This document shows positions 60,601-64,000 of a stretch of DNA of 64,000 nucleotides, piece after piece. Position 1 is the first letter of the stretch. Each line of letters opens with the position of its first letter. The stretch is from Mizuhopecten yessoensis (Eukaryota). The notes below the pieces were generated by a model. It made no database searches, was not told the DNA's origin, and saw only the letters and a program-made list of their open reading frames with translations. The position numbers and the translations under genes were made by a program. Location of the stretch: the NCBI RefSeq assembly GCF_002113885.1, contig NW_018480054.1, forward strand, positions 318,301-382,300, in the 5' to 3' direction.

Positions 60601-63380
60601 TCGTAACACAGTACTTACTTGGCATAGTTATGTCCCACGTCTGGGAAAGTTCCCGGTGAGGATGAGGGATAGGGGGGTAATGGATCAGACACATAGTTGT
60701 TACACAGTACTTACTTGGCATAGTTATGTACCACGGCTGGGAAAGTTCCTGGTAAGGATGAGGGGTAGGGGGAAATGGATCAGACACATAGTCGTAACAC
60801 AGAACTCACTTGGTATAGTTATGTACCACGTCTGGGAAAGTTCCTTGTGAGGATGAGGGGTAGGGGGTAATGGATCAGACACATAGTGGCATAGTTATGT
60901 ACCACGTCTGGGAAAGTGCCTGGTGAGGATGAGGGGTAGGGGGTAATGGAACAGACACATAGTTGTAACACAGTACTCACTTGGCATAGTTATGTACCAC
61001 ATCTGGGAAAGTTCCTGGTGAGGATGAGGGATAGGGGGTAATGGATCATACGTATAGTCGTAACACAGTTCTTACTTGGCATAGTTATGTACCACGTCTG
61101 AGAAAGTTCCTGGGGAGGATGAGGGGTAAGGGGGTAATGGATCAGACACATAGTCGTAACACAGGACTTACTTGGCATAGTTATGTACCACGTCTGGGAA
61201 AGTTCCCGGTGAGGATGAGGGATAGGTGGTAATGGATCAGACACATAGTCGTAACACTGAGGATGAGGGGTAGGGGGTAATGGATCAGACACATAGGCGT
61301 AACACAGTACTTACTTGGCATAGTTATTTGTAACACAGTACTCACTTGGCATAGTTATGTACCACATCTGGGAAAGTTCCTGGTGAGGATGAGGGGTAAG
61401 GAGGTAATGGATCAGACACATAGTCGTAACAAAGTACTTACTTGGCATAGTTATGTACCACGTCTGGGAAAGTTCCCGGTGAGGATGAGGGATAGGTGGT
61501 AATGGATCAGACACATAGTCGTAACACTGAGGATGAGGGGTAGGGGGTAATGGATCAGACACATAGGCGTAACACAGTACTTACTTGGCATAGTTATGAA
61601 CCACGTCTGGGAAAGTTCCTGGTGAGGATGAGGGGGGGGGGGTAATGGATCAGACACATAGTTGTTACACAGTACTTACTTGGCATAGTTATGTAGCACG
61701 TCTGGGAAAGTTCCTGGTGAGGATGAGGGGTAAGGGGGTAACTGATTGGTCACATAGTCGTAACACAGTACTTACTTGGCATAGTTATGTACCACGTCTG
61801 AGAAAGTTCCTGGTGAGGATGAGGGGTAAGGGGGTAACTGATCGGTCACATAGTCGTAACACAGTACTTACTTGGCATAGTTATGTGCCACGTCTGGGAA
61901 AGTTCCTTGTGAGGATGAGGGGTAAGGGGTTAATGGATCAGACACATAGTCGTAACACAGTGGGTAGGGGGTAATGGATCAGACACATAGTCGTAACACA
62001 GTACTTACTAAGCATAGTTATGTACCACGTCTGGGAAAGTTCCTGGTGAGGATGAGGGGTAGGGGGGTAACTGATCGGTCACATAGTCGTAACACAGGCT
62101 TGGGCTATGACAATTCCTTTTTTTCTCTGAAGGGCTCATCAGGTGCTCTACTTTTGCCATGGCAGTAAGCAAACGTTTCTACACAGAGGAAAACAACATC
62201 AACACATATCTATTTCACACTGATGTCGAAAAAAAACCACTTCAGATCAATTCAATTTGATTTTTACAGTAGACAGGAATTGAAAACAAAATATCTAGTA
62301 TTTTTTTTCATTATTTGACAAAAGTCATTTCCATGTTAAAGAAACACTATTAGTCTATTAAACATAATTATTGGTTTCTTTAACATGTCTTGAAGTGGTA
62401 AATCAGGAAAATTAAAATTGAATTGTGAAAGTTGTTATGTCTCGAAAGTACAATTTTTTCAATTTTAGGCAAATAACATATAATTATTAACAAATAGACA
62501 ATCAACTTGACACACTGTACATATTTCCCACCTACAATCCCTTGTTTTGTTTTTCCAACTTAAAATGCCATTGTGGCATTTTGACATAATAAAGTGTGTA
62601 CCTCATCTATGAATGGAATGAGGACCACAGCCTCCCAGTCCTGCTGCTTTCCGTTGAGATCAGATTGGAAGTTGACGGGGTAAAAGTCAATGATTTCGGA
62701 GCTGTCCATCATCATGAGATTCTGTTAAAAAGCATTTAGATTAAAGCGTATATGTAAGTAACAAAATATAAATATCGTCACATGTAAGTAACAAAATATA
62801 AATACTGTCACATGTAAGTAACAAAATATAAATATCGTCACATTCAACGAACATTGAAAAGGAAGTAATGTACATGTATGTATGGATTTATTTTGTCCTT
62901 AAGATGAATAAAAGTTCTTATAAATTTCAAAGACTTTTCATGTAATAAAGGTTTGATGCAAATCTATGTAATACAATTATATCAACTCTGACATATTTAT
63001 AACAGGAATCGTATCTAAATCAACATGCACTGAAAATTACATATATTACAAATGCTTGAAATGGCTTTATTATCTGTAGAAACTTTACTTTATCAATCAT
63101 TTAAAAATCATAATATACTATTTAGTTTATTGAACTGAATGTTTATCTAGAGAATTTTATATATTTTAAAGTTGTGTGATTTGAATTTTTGTGTGGCTGA
63201 AGTGCCATAAGTGTACTACCTACCCAGTAAGCTTTGGGCAGCAGGTCCTTGCTGTTAGACGGCAGTACCGCCATCAGTTGCTGGAATGGCAGGAAGGGTG
63301 TACTGCGCTCAAATTGGATATCCATCCCCGCGAAACACTTGACATCGCTGATGAATGGTGCATAGTGGTGAGGGTAATAC
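30309..63380 (-). CDS. XRN1: 5'-3' exoribonuclease 1, 3' part of the gene (26 coding exons in window, 5' exons outside window)
   Basis: Spliced translation contains XRN1 motifs: YYPHHYAPFISD, PFLPFQQLMAVLP, DLNGKQQDWEAVVLIPFIDEKRLL, YFPGFPTFKH, SRGENMIL, VFVSWPHM, NIGLNLKFTKRNEEVPGYTK, FYLFDRVANVR-VPFGLRGTV, FDEEFPGGITLRCSPGKGYR, NPFVPMQV and C-terminal KRRPRMAAKF. All introns are GT-AG with matching phases; one junction yields TAA (see findings). Confidence 0.97.
31086..31414 (-). CDS. XRN1: XRN1 exon (Q/N/H/Y-rich, ends NPFVPMQ)
   Basis: FIEQPRGHHAQPPNYRGNQSANQY...DASPPKSNPFVPMQ; frame differs from the ORF-track call. Confidence 0.88.
31849..32451. mobile_element. Non-autonomous Helentron/HINE-type element in an XRN1 intron
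   Basis: AACAAG end, short palindrome ATCCAC-GAAA-GTGGAT, sub-terminal inverted repeats TGTGTCGCCTGC / GCAGGCGACACA, (GACGCC)n microsatellite, A-rich end. Confidence 0.75.
32978..33101 (-). CDS. XRN1: XRN1 exon
   Basis: MPPQAMHPLMAPRAFGGMPAQMMQHPQFSSPNSAFKPVSPK. Confidence 0.82.
33174..33597. mobile_element. hAT-type MITE with 8-bp TSD
   Basis: TIRs TAGGGCTGC / GCAGCCCTA; perfect TSD GTATACAC at 33166-33173 and 33598-33605; subterminal CGATAC/GTATCG repeats. Confidence 0.88.
33589..35353. repeat. 33-bp satellite, about 53 copies, unit = MITE end + TSD + flank
   Basis: Unit AGCCCTAGTATACACACAATACAGCTGTGTTAC. Confidence 0.96.
36323..36439 (-). CDS. XRN1: XRN1 exon (dsRBD-like domain, second half)
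   Basis: PGSFVCVVTLSNGHRFMGSKTRSKEEAAESAAGVMLVHL. Confidence 0.88.
36761..36836 (-). CDS. XRN1: XRN1 exon (dsRBD-like domain, first half)
   Basis: NPVLELINWSKMMGLQEPKYDFGGK. Confidence 0.87.
37520..37895 (-). CDS. XRN1: XRN1 exon (Pro/Gln-rich)
   Basis: VMQPAKHV...HPYPPPLQVPPPAMMQHQ...QQQKPAR; phase 1/2 fits. Confidence 0.85.
38489..38630 (-). CDS. XRN1: XRN1 exon (disordered tail)
   Basis: AEIKQMLNIGLVKTSLEPGPGKQEADTTAPPSAKNYGRQMSVQELFD. Confidence 0.82.
38768..42444. repeat. 30-bp intronic satellite with blocks of a 25-bp variant
   Basis: GGAGAAATTAAATCATTGCTACATTCTCTA; variant GGAGAAATTRAATCATTTTGCTCTA. Confidence 0.97.
43191..43859. repeat. 52-bp intronic minisatellite, about 13 copies
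   Basis: CCCCACCCTCCTATACTGTACTCTCTGGAATACTCTCCAGTTTAACGTGGCG. Confidence 0.96.
43888..44349 (-). CDS. XRN1: XRN1 exon (disordered tail)
   Basis: AFVEPQNSDFINMWQELK...SKSPARDAD; 462 nt open, AG/GTAAGT flanks. Confidence 0.85.
44578..45078. mobile_element. HINE/Helentron-type element with an internal ~156-bp duplicated core
   Basis: AACAAG start, ATACGCCCGTC sub-terminal motif, two copies of AATGTAGGAG...CAAATACTGAAATGAACAAA...GAATCAAAATTCTTTTAAGGG, (GACG)n microsatellite near the end. Confidence 0.65.
45495..45638 (-). CDS. XRN1: XRN1 exon (disordered tail)
   Basis: METQSDLHLKSFNQEGGASSPKFVTPKVSQSGKPTPGKWDGAKGQTGK; phase 0/0. Confidence 0.82.
45715..46582. repeat. 66-bp tandem array spanning an XRN1 exon end and splice donor
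   Basis: About 8 near-perfect copies plus several degenerate copies; minus unit contains CACTCACAG|GTAGGT. Confidence 0.95.
46529..46997 (-). CDS. XRN1: XRN1 exon (end of SH3-like domain, start of disordered tail); 3' boundary ambiguous among 8 in-frame donors
   Basis: CSPGKGYRMPKAAMINLSHG...DSYRREGSKDNSQHSQ|GTAGGT. Confidence 0.85.
47453..47724. repeat. 57-bp tandem repeat, about 4.7 copies
   Basis: ATCAATCAGTGSATGTTTCTAACTGGTGAGTGTTTACCTTRTACAAGTTTAATTCCA. Confidence 0.93.
47817..48019 (-). CDS. XRN1: XRN1 exon (SH3-like domain)
   Basis: PMVGQGNMVPDQSVEFYLFDRVANVRKGYPVPFGLRGTVTGV...FDEEFPGGITL. Confidence 0.95.
48600..48875. repeat. 43-bp tandem array overlapping an XRN1 exon end and donor
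   Basis: CAGGTAAGTTTGACTTAACAACAGGTAACTTCACCTTGAACAA about x6; degenerate relics extend to ~48410. Confidence 0.92.
48864..48926 (-). CDS. XRN1: XRN1 exon
   Basis: EVNKRKQRRVKMQVKPHLLFK. Confidence 0.92.
49211..49491. repeat. 39-41 bp tandem repeat, 7 copies
   Basis: GCTGACTGTGACATATTTATAGTTAAGGGTGGTCCGGT(A/GGC). Confidence 0.94.
49617..49752 (-). CDS. XRN1: XRN1 exon
   Basis: PYSLKKMTDFVKGLPCNSVKTMKAGAEILDQGVINAIEQEVQKII. Confidence 0.92.
50182..50268 (-). CDS. XRN1: XRN1 exon
   Basis: FPEIWSYISSKDGGRGDNFYETDLFKEG. Confidence 0.9.
50991..51253 (-). CDS. XRN1: XRN1 exon
   Basis: FLGIQYYPGYVIAPRLAITSHFLSRMTG...NIGLNLKFTKRNEEVPGYTKRTDEGWTYS...QYLA. Confidence 0.95.
51441..52184. repeat. 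27-bp minisatellite with telomere-like core, about 27 copies
   Basis: AACCCTAACCCAAAATAGAAAGTTACG. Confidence 0.95.
52186..52278. repeat. 34-bp x3 repeat of exon end plus donor
   Basis: TATGGAGCTTACACCCTGGTCATTT repeated with 34-bp period; third copy is the real exon boundary. Confidence 0.93.
52266..52355 (-). CDS. XRN1: XRN1 exon
   Basis: VVDIEDDSRVRINVSILEEPNLDNVENDQG. Confidence 0.9.
53153..53266 (-). CDS. XRN1: XRN1 exon
   Basis: DLNVYDTSFCQFNTLGELFPAKEAVFMLGWPHYACQGE. Confidence 0.93.
53274..54369. repeat. 35-bp minisatellite abutting a splice acceptor, about 29 copies
   Basis: CATACAGATCAGRCATTGTAATTACTGACTATACA with occasional CACTGGGTATAT insert. Confidence 0.96.
54688..54776. 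repeat. 44-bp x2 duplication of exon end plus donor
   Basis: AACCATGCAGACTTACCTTGACYGATGTCTGGTACAGAAATGTC at 54688 and 54732. Confidence 0.93.
54748..54835 (-). CDS. XRN1: XRN1 exon
   Basis: YICGAHGKIVLEKQFASNPVTFLYQTSVK. Confidence 0.92.
55071..55710. repeat. 42-bp minisatellite, about 15 copies, each with a minus-strand GATG|GTAAGT-type site
   Basis: ACTTACCATCTAATGGGAACTGAAATGCCATCAAACACTYAC. Confidence 0.96.
55877..55951 (-). CDS. XRN1: XRN1 exon
   Basis: YHDRLGVDVGQTHVSLRALPLVGRK. Confidence 0.9.
56400..56516 (-). CDS. XRN1: XRN1 exon
   Basis: YELSTTKEAGQTRTRVTEEEMNKNDQIIWRKDVVAIRE; phases 2/2 fit neighbours. Confidence 0.9.
56895..56998 (-). CDS. XRN1: XRN1 exon
   Basis: DIKTVANSVLHNNVFVSWPHMIEVKVISVSDGNT. 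Confidence 0.93.
57781..57870 (-). CDS. XRN1: XRN1 exon
   Basis: AYLKKEGVKVFTANSRGENMILSLVKGEEE. Confidence 0.93.
58369..58519. mobile_element. Palindromic MITE in an XRN1 intron
   Basis: GCAAGACCACACACTTGTGTATTTCTAACAAATCAGAAAGCA ... TGCTTTCTGATTCGTTAGAAAAACACAAGTGTGTGGTCTTGC. Confidence 0.8.
58886..59012 (-). CDS. XRN1: XRN1 exon
   Basis: LTLIPKDEFQLPRHLIKKGMLEGTRQDVYFPGFPTFKHLPHK. Confidence 0.9.
59496..62097. repeat. 95-96 bp tandem array derived from an XRN1 exon 3' half plus donor, about 27 copies with partial units
   Basis: Unit AACACAGTACTTACTTGGCATAGTTATGTACCACGTCTGGGAAAGTTCCTGGTGAGGATGAGGGGTAGGGGGTAATGGATCAGACACATAGTCGT. Confidence 0.96.
62009..62178 (-). CDS. XRN1: XRN1 exon whose 3' half is the first unit of the 95-96 bp array
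   Basis: KRLLTAMAKVEHLMSPSEKKRNCHSPSLCYDYVTDQLPPYPSSSPGTFPDVVHNYA; donor TA|GTAAGT. Confidence 0.85.
62602..62721 (-). CDS. XRN1: XRN1 exon
   Basis: NLMMMDSSEIIDFYPVNFQSDLNGKQQDWEAVVLIPFIDE. Confidence 0.95.
62752..62843. repeat. 30-bp tandem repeat x3
   Basis: ATGTAAGTAACAAAATATAAATATCGTCAC. Confidence 0.9.
63224..63380 (-). CDS. XRN1: XRN1 exon (catalytic domain)
   Basis: YYPHHYAPFISDVKCFAGMDIQFERSTPFLPFQQLMAVLPSNSKDLLPKAYW; AG/GT flanks. Confidence 0.95.
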
Positions 63381-63426
63381 CTGTCAAGTAAAATATTTTC
63401 AAAACCTTGAACATTTTTAAAGCTTT

Positions 63427-63897
63427 ACAAGAATTAAACGTAATGAGATGTCGCGCCTGTCCCCACTTTGATCATAAGATTCAATGTGTGAAGTATTGTT
63501 AGTTTGACATGAAGTTCGAAATATAATAGGGCACATTCAGCATATGATGCTTGGTTTGAGATACAGTACGTCTGAAACAACTACAGTCCAAGCTTATTTA
63601 CTCCAACACTTAAACTTTTTGAGATAAAGCATAAAACACACAGCTAAACGCAAAAACTTAACATTGATGAAGATGCTGTTAAAGTCACTGGACAGCGAAA
63701 TGTAGGGCACATTCACCAACTGATGCATGAGTTGAGGTGAAGTATCTAAGACACATGTATGGTCCAAGTTTGGTTGGTCTAGCACTTATACTTTTAGACA
63801 AACAGAGCTAAATGCAAAAACTTCGCATTGACGCCGCCGCCAAAACAGTAACACCTAAGTCCTGCCTCCTTGACATCCGTCGCAGGCGAGACAATAA
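63427..63897. mobile_element. HINE/Helentron-type element
   Basis: TGTCGCGCCTG / CAGGCGAGACA sub-terminal inverted repeats, (GCC)n tract, duplicated GCTAAAYGCAAAAACTT core. Confidence 0.6.
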
Positions 63898-64000
63898 CAA
63901 AGAGCTATTTTATGCACACTTTTTTATTTGTAGAAATGGCACATTTATATCAACAGTACTGGCATGAACAAGCCTAGGTTCTTAGATTTTAACATAATTA

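Noticed and set aside
4169-62097. CRISPR-like appearance of regular 27-55 bp repeats
   Set aside because: Head-to-tail repeats without unique spacers, no cas genes, intron-containing eukaryotic context

Overview
AT-rich eukaryotic animal genomic DNA. The repeat content (V-domain SINE, Helentron/HINE-type elements, many minisatellites) suggests a mollusc, probably a bivalve; this is inference. The right half (30309-63380, minus strand) holds the last 26 coding exons of XRN1 (5'-3' exoribonuclease 1), assembled by eye with GT-AG junctions and consistent phases; the N-terminal exons lie beyond the window end. The left half (1-28 kb) appears intergenic, with decayed transposons and large tandem arrays, and its long ORFs are satellite artefacts. 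The main pattern is that tandem arrays start at identifiable junctions. At least five XRN1 splice donors are tandemly duplicated together with the exon 3' end. One of these gives 8 in-frame alternative donors, and another puts a TAA stop at the predicted splice junction. One satellite is the terminus plus target-site duplication (TSD) of a hAT-type MITE, and another derives from a Penelope-like endonuclease ORF. One satellite monomer has been copied to a nearby site between 34-bp direct repeats.
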